From NCBI GenBank assembly GCA_003649205.1, contig QMRC01000001.1, positions 96,001 to 160,000 on the forward strand: DNA of 64,000 nucleotides, given 5' to 3'. Positions 51,677 through 61,792 of this stretch are shown here, piece after piece (position 1 is the stretch's first letter; each line of letters begins with the position of its first letter). The translations under genes were made by a program, and so were the position numbers. Under the pieces are notes generated by a model. That model had not been told where the DNA came from and made no database searches. It saw only the letters and a program-made list of their open reading frames with translations. The stretch is from Thermoprotei archaeon (GTDB lineage Archaea; Thermoproteota; Thermoprotei; Thermoproteales; B15-G16).

Positions 51677-51853
51677 GTCCTCGGGACACTGCTCAACCCA
51701 TAGGGGTCTAGGACGGTATGTTGGGTATGGTCTGAACTCTGAAGCAACAAGGTTACCCTCACTGTCTACTAGGACTGCTTTATCACCTGAGGTACCAAGG
51801 TCATGTGTTAAGATATATATCTCGTCCTTTCGAGGACTGGCCATCTCTACCAT
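50276..51853 (-). CDS. FGGY-family carbohydrate kinase (xylulokinase-like)
   Basis: DLGTSGDK, WADLR, ASNTG, GSGD, RAVLEG, GGGA. Confidence 0.93.
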   Translation of the reverse strand: MVEMASPRKDEIYILTHDLGTSGDKAVLVDSEGNLVASEFRPYPTYRPRPLWVEQCPEDWWVAVVESTRNILRKTKIPPEKIAAISFSGHFPGCVPVDKEGRVVRKYVMIWADLRAEEQGKKLVEKLGGYENFYKIHGLGHPLGMLSISKVMWLKENEPEVYNRTYKFLQTWDYIILKLTGKFVGDYGGASNTGWLDVRKRKYSEEILEAAGIDMDKLPDLYESHDVVGYVTDEAAKVTGLKPGTPVVAGSGDSICAAVGAGVVKERTAYCYIGTASQLAAFSHEPILDPKARINNFLSAIPGKYTPFSYISAGGLSVDWFKSTFLGIEESILSNLGIKVLDVYESKAREVKPGCGGLIFIPYIAGGGGPHWNPNARGAFIGITSLHTKRADFYRAVLEGVAFAFKWLVEQFEEAGIPLRKWGEFRTIGGGALSDLWVQIHADILNMKMIVLENPQDTTAIGAAIMGGIGVGLWKSYEEAAERVVKIKKVVEPTPENVEIYEKLYELFKSSFRNLNEIFNKLSTI

Positions 51854-52659
51854 CCCGTATACTACTTTCTTTTCATGTACTGAATCTTACGGATATATAA
51901 AGATTTTCGTTTCTACTATAAAAAGAGACGAAATTCGCATGATTTACATAGTTCTCACATGACTGTTTCTGTATAATTTGATAACTTTTCAATTTCATCA
52001 ATTAATCATTAGTATTCCTCTAGTTTCTCTTTAGTAGTATATGCTGTGTTACATCTAAATATCAATATACGGTTCTATCTGCTCCCTTTAGCATCTAAAT
52101 GTAATTATTGTTCAATTCTTTCACCACTATAGCTCGTGTATTAGGTATTGGCTATAATAAGGAACCTTTCAAGGAGTAATACCTGCTGTTCAAGCACTCT
52201 CTGAGGAGAGTACACATTGATGTTGAAATCGAAACTATCAAAACTATACCATTAAGCAAAACTATTCTAATTGAGTTGAGAATGAAGTGTAGGATTGAAT
52301 GTTTGTTAATGTTGCCTACATAAACACTGTTACTAGATACCGAACATTACTAGAATGTGGTTTTTAAAGGTATATGATTTTAGCTTAGGAATGAATATCT
52401 GCTGAGAAGTAAGTCATTAAAGTTATTGATAAGGTGCTAAAATATAACATGACACACTTACATTAGATTGATTACCACAACAAAGATCATAATAACGACG
52501 TAGTTGTGCTTACAGATCTCGGTAACTATTTTTGTACTATGTAATAACTTTTTAACTAACTTTAATTAACACTTATTAGCAAAAGAAAAATTGAAAAATT
52601 TTTAAATAAAAGTGGCTCTACAACCAGTTACCGATCAGGTTAATAAGGGGTATACGGAT

Positions 52660-53952
52660 ATGTCGATCCTAGAGTTCATAGTAAATCTCTTTAGACAACC
52701 AGCGCTATTCATAGGGATCATAGCTTTAATAGGTTACCTACTAATGAAAGAAGACATAAACAAGACCATAATAGGATCCATAAAAGCTGCTGCAGGGCTT
52801 GCCATCCTATTATGGGGCGTAGGCTTTATGTTTCAAGGATTACAACCAATAGGCACCGTACTAGCAAAAACAGTTGGAGTAAAGCCTCTTGAAGTGACTG
52901 TCGGTACGAGTAAGATCATACGTCAGTACGGTACTGAGATAGGTATAGCTATGATAGTGATGTTCTTAACGAATCTATTCTTAGCAAGAGTAACTAAGAT
53001 GAAATATATATACCTAACGGGCCAGTTATATCTATTTGTTACATGGATTCTAACAGGCATCTTTGCATATACTTGGGGCCTTTCTGGAATACCACTGGCA
53101 CTTGTAGTAGGAGTTGTTTCCGGTATATACGTAACGATCCAACAATGGTATACAGCAAAATTTGCGCTCGCTATTAATCCTAAAAAGGATTACGTCCTAG
53201 GACACATATGTTCACTAGGTGTATTGATAACATCATTGATCTTCACAAAAGGAGGAAAACAGCTCGAAAGGCCATCACATGTTAGAAGTATGGAGGAGAT
53301 GACCTTACCAAAGAAATTACAGTGGATAGGAGAGACAACAGGCCTACTCTTTGTGCTGTTCCTAGTAATTTACTTAGTACTGATAGGATTAAACTACCCA
53401 GAATGTCTTAAACTGGCAACAGCTGCTGGCATGCATCCTGTTGTATGGGCAATCATGCAATCACTAACATTTACAGCAGGCTTCGCTGTTCTCATATTAG
53501 GCGTTCAGCTTCTTGTAGAGAACTTAATTCCTGCCTTTAAAGGTATAGCGTTGAAACTAGTTCCCGGTGCATTGCCTGGTCTTGATGTTCCAATGTTCTA
53601 TGTATTTGCACCAAAGACCACTGCGATCACAGGCGTAATTGGAATAATAGCACAAGTGGCGTTTGCTCTCATAGTCATGGCGCTAGGATACCCCTACTTC
53701 ATCTTTGCTCCTTCAGCGTGGGTATGGTTCCATGCAGCATGTGCCGGAGTATTTGGGAATCACTTCGGAGGAATAAGGGGTGCCATCACGGGTGCCATCA
53801 TTACAGCCTTGCTCATGGTTATAGGACAAATGATATTGACCCCAATACTGGGGCCTATAATAGGAGATTACTTCATGTGGGGCGGCGATCCTGACCTCCA
53901 AATATATGGCAGCATTATAGCGTGGCTAGGTAAGATGGTTACGGGACACTAG
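52660..53952 (+). CDS. ulaA: PTS ascorbate-family IIC permease (UlaA/SgaT-like)
   Basis: QPALFIGIIALIG, KYIYLTGQ, LGH, LIPAFKGIALKLVPGALPGLDVP, GVFGNHFGGIRGA. Confidence 0.88.
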   Translation: MSILEFIVNLFRQPALFIGIIALIGYLLMKEDINKTIIGSIKAAAGLAILLWGVGFMFQGLQPIGTVLAKTVGVKPLEVTVGTSKIIRQYGTEIGIAMIVMFLTNLFLARVTKMKYIYLTGQLYLFVTWILTGIFAYTWGLSGIPLALVVGVVSGIYVTIQQWYTAKFALAINPKKDYVLGHICSLGVLITSLIFTKGGKQLERPSHVRSMEEMTLPKKLQWIGETTGLLFVLFLVIYLVLIGLNYPECLKLATAAGMHPVVWAIMQSLTFTAGFAVLILGVQLLVENLIPAFKGIALKLVPGALPGLDVPMFYVFAPKTTAITGVIGIIAQVAFALIVMALGYPYFIFAPSAWVWFHAACAGVFGNHFGGIRGAITGAIITALLMVIGQMILTPILGPIIGDYFMWGGDPDLQIYGSIIAWLGKMVTGH

Positions 53953-54135
53953 CTATTACTTCAAAGCTTTGTTATATTTTTTACAAATTTTTAAGTCCTC
54001 TTAAGCAATTCCAAAACGCCTTCGAAGTGTTTTTGTTCATAGTATCGAGGTTAAAGCCTCAATACCTCCTAATCTTCTTCCATAAAGTTTTTATACCTTT
54101 AAGTGAAAGTCGAGTAGCTCTCGGAGGGTACATTA

Positions 54136-54813
54136 ATGGTACTGTGCATTATCTTTGATTTTGATGGAACACTTGTAAATACAAATGCTATACAGATTTC
54201 AATACTGGAAAATATCTTCAAAGAGTATCGTCTTGGTTCAAGGGAAATCTTATTGAGATACTTTGGGTTAAGAACTCAGGATTTCTTTGAAAAAGTACTA
54301 CCGGATGCAAGTGAAGAATTGAGAAGTAAGTTAGTTAATAAATTTTTAAGCGAGTATAAGAGGAGAGTTTTACTTGAAGCGGAGGTATTTCCAGACGTTA
54401 TTCCCACATTAGAGTCATTAAAGAACTATGATATAAAGATTGCAATTGCAACGTCTTCTCCGAAATCAATAGTTGAGCCTCTTCTCACTAAGACTAAACT
54501 AATTCAATTTGTAAATTACTATGTTACTGGGGACGATGTGGAACATGGTAAACCACATCCAGAAAGTGTATTTAAGATTCTTAACGTATTCAATATTCCA
54601 CCTAGTAGGTGCATTGTGGTAGGAGATACATTTTTTGATGTAAAGATGGCAAAGAATGCTCATTGTAAAGCGGTTCTCATAGTAAGAACCCCAATTTTTA
54701 TTTTCTCGTCAGAAGCACCTCTTCCAGATGTCATAATACCGAGGTTGCAAGATCTTATTTGGGTTATAAGGGAATGGTTTCCAGAAGAACTACTACCGCA
54801 TAAGCGAAAGTAG
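54136..54813 (+). CDS. HAD-superfamily hydrolase
   Basis: FDFDGTL, ATSS, KPHPE, VGDT..D. Confidence 0.9.
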   Translation: MVLCIIFDFDGTLVNTNAIQISILENIFKEYRLGSREILLRYFGLRTQDFFEKVLPDASEELRSKLVNKFLSEYKRRVLLEAEVFPDVIPTLESLKNYDIKIAIATSSPKSIVEPLLTKTKLIQFVNYYVTGDDVEHGKPHPESVFKILNVFNIPPSRCIVVGDTFFDVKMAKNAHCKAVLIVRTPIFIFSSEAPLPDVIIPRLQDLIWVIREWFPEELLPHKRK

Positions 54814-54924
54814 GTAACTACATTATATATGTACCCATTGCTATGTCATTGCGACTCTTATAGTTACGTATTTATGCATTACGATTTCCTTAAATACTGA
54901 AAAGAGTTCTTCAACTATACTCTA

Positions 54925-55150
54925 TTGCAGACTGATCTAAAAGTAGGGGTAGTTAATAGAACAGGTCTCCAGATAAGATCTGCTGTACTCTTTGTTGATA
55001 TGTATCAAAAATTTGAAGTCAGATATAAGGGTAATTCAGGGAAAAAAGCTAACGCTAAAACATACTTCAAGTCCTTACTCTGGGAGTCGATATGAGTAAC
55101 AAAAGTAACAAAAATAGTGCAAAGGTAATGATTAGAGAGGTCTTGTAATG
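54925..55150 (+). pseudogene. ptsH: HPr phosphocarrier remnant
   Basis: VVNRTGLQIRSAVLFV..YQKF / SDIRV..GKK / ANAK / ILQVLTLGV, compare HPr GLHARPA...NAKSI; frameshifts, and His15 position reads Gln. Confidence 0.7.
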
Positions 55151-55429
55151 AGTATGGATTATGGATGATGTTTATTTTTCATAATGATTCTTGCTACAAT
55201 ATTAATTTACTCTTTTCAACTGTTCTAGAACCTAGCTAGTTAGGTTACTAAAGTCTCTTATCTAAAAGATTACTTTCATTTGTGTTAAAGACCATACGAG
55301 GTAATTTAGCTAGACTCTACGTCGATAAGATTTAGTAGAGCTCCATTACAGATACAGATAAAGAACTATCAGGTGTTTAGCTGTAAATGCACAGGCTAAT
55401 GTCTATGTTAGTTTAGTCGTGTTATACCC

Positions 55430-55695
55430 TGAATAGAGTTCTTTAACATTTTTACCTGTAATTTTCATCGACTGAATTCTTCAATCCTACAGTTATCTTT
55501 ACACGCTCTCTGAGTTCTGGTTCATGAAGTATTGAAGCAGTAACCATATCCGCTCTGCTGCTTTTGCAGTCAATAACTCTATAGCTTTGATTTTGCTGGA
55601 ATCTCTATTTCTTCAATCACACCTTCAACAAAATATCCTCATGATTGGTGGGCTTTTCTGTTCAACACCGCAAATAGTTAAAACTTGAATGATTT
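55430..55695 (-). pseudogene. PTS EIIB (UlaB-like) remnant
   Basis: IQVLTICGVEQKSPPIMRIF / VEGVIEEIEIPAKI / ADMVTAS...VGLKN, compare UlaB ILAVCGNGQGSSMIMKM. Confidence 0.65.
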
Positions 55696-55799
55696 AGTGA
55701 GTTTGTAGGCGTATTTAGAGCATCATAAGCAACTTAAATTTAACTACTATATAAGGAGTGGAGAAGTAGGGGTTGCTATTGATTACTTACTATCGATTA

Positions 55800-56975
55800 T
55801 ATGTTAAGAACCTCTTAGTACTGGTCTAGTAGGTCTTTGAGTAGCCACATTATAAGGCTGCTTCTTTCCGACCTCCGGAGGGATTACCAAATATAGCTAC
55901 TGCTTCGCTTAGGAAGAATAGCATCTTCATCAATAGCACTATTATTGTGAACCTTGTAAAGAAGAATATTGCCATGAATATCAAGAATATAGTGAGTCCA
56001 CTCACAAACTCTATGACTATAGTTACTGGTGTTCATGGGAAGACAACTGGACAGTCTAGTACTAGTTAGCTCTTGGTATGATTTTCATAGCTAAACCCCT
56101 GAAGGCTGGTATGACCTCAGCTATGAACATCTTAACTCTGGTTAGTAGTACAATGATTGATGTAGCGAAGTACACACCTTTCAGGGATGCCCATGTACTG
56201 GATTGAGTTACCTTGCAAGTCCCTACACTTTAGCTGGGTTTATGAAGTATCCTGTAATGGATGTCATTACCATTATAAGTCCAAAGCCTTCAGAGAACTT
56301 AATTTCGTCTATACTTTCTTCTAGCTAGCTAACGTACTCACCTAGCATATAAGCTAGGTGAGCAGCGAGAGAACTAGTATTTCCATGAGTTATTTCATCT
56401 GTATTTATAATGGTTCTCATAACTCTGTTTAGGTATGCTGGCTGAATACTTTAGTACAGTGTTATGACTATGAACCCTATAGCTACCAACTGCTATGGAG
56501 GAATATTTGGGCCTATAGTTAGTTTGGTAATGTTACTACTACAGTTAGTGAGACTCACCGCACTAAGTGACCTGTTGAGTAAACGAATTTCATGGGTGTG
56601 AATTTGGCAGTGAATAGACGAATTATGAATCCTAAGTCATTATTATAGCTGTGTAGCTTCTGTACTTAGCTATTAAATCGCTTATAAGCTAACATAGTCA
56701 AGTGGGTATTTAGGAGTTAAACCTGCAACGCTACCTAATAGATTCTGGAGGTTTTTCTGGAAATTTATTAGCTCTTGAACGAATAATGTTGCTCTAGTAG
56801 TTGTTATTCCTACTCCTCCATTACTTTGGATGTACTGATGATAGCATTGCTAAAAGGTTTTCTGAATCATAAACCTAGTGAAACCTACTAGACCTAGCAG
56901 TATTATCGGTTGACCAATACTATGTTTCTAGCTATCCAGACGAGTACATCAAGCACTTCTAGATTCTTCTCTCAG
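55800..56975 (-). pseudogene. second UlaA-like PTS IIC, heavily decayed
   Basis: fragments GQPIILLGLVG, AKFTPMKFVYSTGH, VKMFIAEVIPAFRGLAMKIIP, LDCPVVFP, AIFGNPSGG, with many stops and frameshifts. Confidence 0.8.
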
Positions 56976-57244
56976 AAATTTTCCTATATACAATTCCCTA
57001 TGTGTGGTAATGATAGAATAGTAAGTTTCCATTTTAGTAAATAATGTTTAGTAAAGTGGGCTCGGGATGTTAACCTGTAAGGAATTGCAAAACAGATTTA
57101 AAGGGTTTAAATTCTGTGTAGTTAGTATCTCACTATGCCGCTTGTACCTAAAGAGACCCTATAATGTAGGTGCTTTTAAACACAGTAGCAAGTGAAATAA
57201 CGCAAAACACAAATAAACACAATTTCTTATACTCACACGGGCGA

Positions 57245-57335
57245 GCCGGGGTGGCCTAGCCTGGTCCATGGCGGCGGCCTGCTAAGCCGCTGGGGCAGTG
57301 GCCCCGCCCGGGTTCAAATCCCGGCCCCGGCGCCA
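57245..57335 (+). tRNA. tRNA-Ser(GCU)
   Basis: GCCGGGG acceptor, GCGGC-CT-GCT-AA-GCCGC, long variable arm, TTCAAAT, G-CCA. Confidence 0.96.
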
Positions 57336-57734
57336 CTTCTACTAATTCCCTAAGTGTTACCTTCTGTAAACTTTGGTGGTGCGGTGGAGGTATTCCTTGG
57401 GGTGTAGAGGCCTATAGCTGGTTTTCAGAGGACTTACGATCCTGTAATTGGTGATACTCATAGCTTACTACTTGAGTATGGGTACTCTACACTATTTAGG
57501 GTACTTAGTTGATTAGTTGATCTCTTTTCGTGAATGAAAGAGGATGTGTCCAGGATTGGTTATGTTCTTTTTCACGGGCTTTCTCATGATGTAGAGGATG
57601 TGTTGTGTATGGTGTTCTGAGGAGAGTTTATTGAGGGTTACGTGAAGTAGGTTCTTGAGTCTAGTGTCTGTAGGTCTGATGTGAAGTTTTGAGGTGTTGT
57701 AACTAGGTCAATGGTTCATGGTGGAGAGTAGTAC

Positions 57735-58142
57735 ATGCCTTGTGAACGATATATTGACTGGCTGGATGAAGCTCTCGATGATTATGGTACTGCTGAGGAT
57801 CTCTTTCGGCTAGGTAGGTACAGTAAGACCTGTTTCTTCTGTCATCAAGCATGTGAAAAAGCTCTCAAGGCTTTACTAATCAAGAGAGCTGGTCGCTATG
57901 TACCGATACATAGTGTTGCTGAGTTACTTAGGATTGCTGCTTCGATCACTAATGTACCTAGTGAGTTAGTTAGAAAGGGTGATGTCTTGGATCGATTCTA
58001 CATACCTACCAGGTACCCTAATGCATGGCCTTCAGGTGCACCCTACAAGCACTACACTAGGGAGGATGCTGAGTTAGCTCTTAGATATGCAAGGGAGGTG
58101 CTCGAGTTTGTTAAGAGAGAGATTGAGAGAGATTCTAGCTAG
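57735..58142 (+). CDS. HEPN-domain protein
   Basis: CFFCHQACEKALKA, IHS, YIPTRYP. Confidence 0.9.
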   Translation: MPCERYIDWLDEALDDYGTAEDLFRLGRYSKTCFFCHQACEKALKALLIKRAGRYVPIHSVAELLRIAASITNVPSELVRKGDVLDRFYIPTRYPNAWPSGAPYKHYTREDAELALRYAREVLEFVKREIERDSS

Positions 58143-58491
58143 AGTGAGTTCTCTCGATCTTCTTGACGACTTGGTGAAAGTTCTGGAGGACTTAGTGAGG
58201 AGCTATAGACCTCTCTCTATCATTATTGCTGGTTCTCTTGCGAGAGGGGACTTCATTAGGGGGTTGAGTGATATTGATGTTCTAGTTATTGTTGGGTACT
58301 CTGTTGATAAGTTTAGTAGATTTCTGTTGAGAGCTGTTGATGAGGTTGATGTTGAGATTACGGTGTTTAGTCTTGAGGAGGTTATTGAGTGTATTGAGAG
58401 AGGTAATGAGTTTGTGATTGATGCTCTTGTACGTGGTTGTGAAGTATATGGTAATCTACGGGGTGTACTGCTTAGATATGTCAAGCGTTAA
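58087..58491 (+). CDS. minimal nucleotidyltransferase (MNT); start uncertain
   Basis: GSLARGD...SDIDVLVI; paired with HEPN. Confidence 0.88.
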   Translation: MQGRCSSLLRERLREILARVSSLDLLDDLVKVLEDLVRSYRPLSIIIAGSLARGDFIRGLSDIDVLVIVGYSVDKFSRFLLRAVDEVDVEITVFSLEEVIECIERGNEFVIDALVRGCEVYGNLRGVLLRYVKR

Positions 58492-58504
58492 TTGTTAAAT
58501 AGTC

Positions 58505-59764
58505 TTGATCCTGTTTCAGTTTTGGGTGATTTGTATTGACATCTACCATAGTATTCACTTAACGTGTATCAATTGTGGTGAAGTGTTTCCTCCAAATGCT
58601 GTTTTGTATACTTGTCCTCGTTGTGGTTCTCTTCTTGAGGTAAGGTATGAGTTGAGAGTAGGTGTTTCATGGTCTATCTTTAGGTCAAGGCCTTTCACTA
58701 TGTGGAGATATCGTGAGTTGATTCCTGTTGATACAAGGTACGTGGTTTCTCTTGGTGAAGGTGGTACACCACTGTACAGAGCTGAGAAGTTAGCTAGGTG
58801 GGTTGGTGTTAAGCGTCTTTACTTGAAGTTTGAGGGTGCTAATCCGACAGGTTCGTTTAAGGATAGAGGTGTTTGTGTTGGTATTGCGAAAGCTCTGGAG
58901 TGTGGTGCTAGGGTTGTTGCCTGTGCTTCAACGGGTAATACTGCTGCTTCTGTCGCTGCGTATTCAGCGAGAGCTGGAGTGAAATGTGTTCTCTTCTTAC
59001 CTGAAGGTAAGGTTGCTCCTGGTAAGTTATTTCAAGCACTTCTCCATGGAGCTACAGTAATCGAGCTGAATTGCAACTTTGATGAAGCACTGAGGTTAGT
59101 GCTTAAGCTATGTGGGCGAGGTTGCATGTACTTACTGAACTCAGTTAATCCATGGAGGTTAGAGGGTCAGAAGTCTATTGCGTATGAGATAGCTGATGTC
59201 ATTGGTGTTCCAGATTATGTCGTTGTCCCTGTGGGTAATGGTGGAAACATATCAGCTATATGGAAGGGCTTTCGTGAACTACATGACCTCGGTCTAGTAG
59301 GTGAATTACCTAGGATGATTGCTGCTCAAGCTACGGGCGCTGCACCTATCGTTAAGGCATTTAGGGCTGGTAAGGTAACGGTAGATCCTGTTAATGAGCC
59401 TGAGACTATAGCTACAGCCATTAGGATTGGAAATCCTGTCAATGCACCTAAAGCACTTAAAGCGCTTTACGAGTCTAGAGGACTTGCTGAAGCTGTTAGC
59501 GATTACGAGATATTGGAAGCGCAGGTAGCTATCGCTAGGTATGAGGGTATTGGTGTTGAGCCTGCTAGTGCTACCTCAGTTGCTGTATTGAGGAAGCTAG
59601 TTCATGAGGGAGTACTTGAACCTGATGCAACATATGTATGTGTTCTCACAGGACATGCACTTAAGGATCCTTCGGTAGTAGATTACCTCAGTAAATGGGT
59701 TGAAAGGTATCGGTGTGGTGTAGGTGATATTCACTACATTCTTGAAACCGTGCTGAGGAAGTGA
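58505..59764 (+). CDS. thrC: threonine synthase
   Basis: Zn ribbon, SLGEGGTP, NPTGSFKDRG, ASTGNT, PVGNGGN, TGHALKD. Confidence 0.95.
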   Translation: MILFQFWVICIDIYHSIHLTCINCGEVFPPNAVLYTCPRCGSLLEVRYELRVGVSWSIFRSRPFTMWRYRELIPVDTRYVVSLGEGGTPLYRAEKLARWVGVKRLYLKFEGANPTGSFKDRGVCVGIAKALECGARVVACASTGNTAASVAAYSARAGVKCVLFLPEGKVAPGKLFQALLHGATVIELNCNFDEALRLVLKLCGRGCMYLLNSVNPWRLEGQKSIAYEIADVIGVPDYVVVPVGNGGNISAIWKGFRELHDLGLVGELPRMIAAQATGAAPIVKAFRAGKVTVDPVNEPETIATAIRIGNPVNAPKALKALYESRGLAEAVSDYEILEAQVAIARYEGIGVEPASATSVAVLRKLVHEGVLEPDATYVCVLTGHALKDPSVVDYLSKWVERYRCGVGDIHYILETVLRK

Positions 59765-59765
59765 T

Positions 59766-60254
59766 TTAGAATGGTACTCTACTTCTCCATGAGACAATAC
59801 CTGTTATCGTGAAGTAGAGTGAGAAGAAGATAACGTAGTTCCTCAGATACGGTACCTCCACGTATGGTTCTACGACGTACATACTACCAATGACTAGCGT
59901 AGCTATGGTAGTACTCACAACTATCTGAATTAGGCTTCTTAACTGTAATAACCTTAGCCTGGTAACGTAGTAGAGAGATGTTATGGATGATGCTATGTTG
60001 TATGAGATAACGTAGCTAGGTAACAGTACAGTAACTGCCATAAGTACTGTGAAGTCAAGTATGGCTCTACACCCAAGTATTGTTGAGAGAATTACTGGTA
60101 CCAATATCATAGCTCCGAGGAGTGGCGCATTCTTAGTGAGAATGTCATTATTCCTGAGTACCTCTCGATTTGACTTACTGGTAGGGTTCAGGTTCACTAG
60201 TATGGATGTACAGAGAGCAAGTACATTCAGTAGTAGGTGGTCAAGTAGATTCAC
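59766..60254 (-). CDS. hypothetical membrane protein
   Basis: about 5 hydrophobic segments. Confidence 0.55.
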   Translation of the reverse strand: MNLLDHLLLNVLALCTSILVNLNPTSKSNREVLRNNDILTKNAPLLGAMILVPVILSTILGCRAILDFTVLMAVTVLLPSYVISYNIASSITSLYYVTRLRLLQLRSLIQIVVSTTIATLVIGSMYVVEPYVEVPYLRNYVIFFSLYFTITGIVSWRSRVPF

Positions 60255-60347
60255 TAACTCAGTCCCCCTTTTCTGAACTGATCGTTATCACCAGACTTAT
60301 ATCTCTTAACCGATATCACCTAGGTAAAGAATACATGTGCTCTAGAT

Positions 60348-60857
60348 CTACCTAATGTACTTCTCTAAAGTTCTCGAGAAGACTTCTCTCAATTCATCTG
60401 GGTTAAGCGATATGTACTTACACAGTCTAGCTAAGCTCATAGCGTAGATCTCAAGTAGCTCAAGAACTATCTTCTTTAATTCCTCAGGCTCGATACCCCT
60501 GATGGACTTTAACAGCAGCGCAACACTCTTACCGATGGGTGTTAATCTGTACCACTTAACCCAGACGTACTTCTCACCCGTCTTAATCTTCTCAATGCCC
60601 TCCTCGAGAATACCTTCCTCTACAAACATTCTGAGGTACCTAATTATCGTCTTATTCGAGTGGCCACGTAACTTCCTGATTAAGTCCTTCTGGTATGTCT
60701 TGTCGTGCATATCCATGTTCAGCAGTATGTCGATAGCTACTTTCGACCTGAAGATCGTTGAAAGTACGTTAATCCAGTACTCTCTCCTACACGGTAGCAA
60801 CAATATTACTGGCCAGTACTTTAGCTCCTGCTCTCTCTCGGTAAGCACTCTCCTCAC
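60348..60857 (-). CDS. winged-helix transcriptional regulator
   Basis: YQKDLI...SNKTIIRYL...GIL...WYRLTPIGK; divergent from the ECF operon. Confidence 0.75.
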   Translation of the reverse strand: MRRVLTEREQELKYWPVILLLPCRREYWINVLSTIFRSKVAIDILLNMDMHDKTYQKDLIRKLRGHSNKTIIRYLRMFVEEGILEEGIEKIKTGEKYVWVKWYRLTPIGKSVALLLKSIRGIEPEELKKIVLELLEIYAMSLARLCKYISLNPDELREVFSRTLEKYIR

Positions 60858-61007
60858 CCTATCAATACACTCTCGGTAGGTGGGTGTAGTAAAGTGTAGC
60901 CCTTACGCCTTTGGAATTTGCTCTTAGTAATTAGCTTATCATGGTAACGTTTATATGACGGAGTTTCCCTCTGTACACTGGAGTGTTGTTTAGGGAAGTG
61001 TATCTTC

Positions 61008-61775
61008 ATGGGTAGCTGGTGTGAGTACAAAAGACCATTTACGCTAAAGGTCGCATTGATTGCTGTGTTTGCTGCTTTCTTCTACGCAATTCTCTGGCTT
61101 CCAGGAATTCCAGCTATCGGTATTCCAGGTCTCAAAATTCAGTGGACTGCATCAATGGCTTCTGTCATAGCTATGTTACTAGGACCTGGTCTTGCACCGA
61201 TCGCTGTTCTCATAGGTTCTGTACTCAAGACACTGTACCCTCTAACTCCCTTCGGTATACCATTCATGTTCTGTCCAGTTCTTAATGCTATCTGTGTCTC
61301 CTTGATGTTGAGAGCAAGGAGTTTCTACCTCGCTTACCTAGTACCGCAACTGTACTTCATCACAATGCTGGTGCTCACATACTTGACACCAGTATTCTAC
61401 GGATACCTCTACCCATACTACGTAGTTGGGCTTGCAGATGTGATAGCAGCTACAGCTCTTGTACTACCAGCTTACTTACTTAGTCGTGGAGTATTCACTA
61501 CTACATCGTTGAAAACTGCTATTGGACTCTTCTTAGTTATGTTCATAGGTACTGAGGCGGATATTGTGCTAGGTGACTTTGCATTCTGTCTACCGATTGT
61601 ACACCGTACACTCTTTGGAATTCCAACGGAAGCAGCTAGAATGGCATTTCTTGCTAAGCCACTGTACATAGCTATTGAGCACGTACTTAGAGCATTACTC
61701 GCTTACTTGGTAGCTATACCGTTGCTTAGTATAGTTCGTAAGAGTAGTAGGTTGAGGTATGTATTTGGTCTATAG
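61008..61775 (+). CDS. ECF transporter S-component-like membrane protein
   Basis: ALIAVFAA motif, LLGP, multiple TMs; precedes ecfAA'T. Confidence 0.75.
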   Translation: MGSWCEYKRPFTLKVALIAVFAAFFYAILWLPGIPAIGIPGLKIQWTASMASVIAMLLGPGLAPIAVLIGSVLKTLYPLTPFGIPFMFCPVLNAICVSLMLRARSFYLAYLVPQLYFITMLVLTYLTPVFYGYLYPYYVVGLADVIAATALVLPAYLLSRGVFTTTSLKTAIGLFLVMFIGTEADIVLGDFAFCLPIVHRTLFGIPTEAARMAFLAKPLYIAIEHVLRALLAYLVAIPLLSIVRKSSRLRYVFGL

Positions 61776-61792
61776 TTTGAAGTGATGTAGCT

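Noticed and set aside
39972-57335. Shared GCCGGGGTGGCC / CCCCGGCGCCA ends of the two tRNA-Ser genes as attL/attR of one element
   Set aside because: Both are complete isoacceptor genes with different anticodons, so the similarity is expected; no integrase is present.
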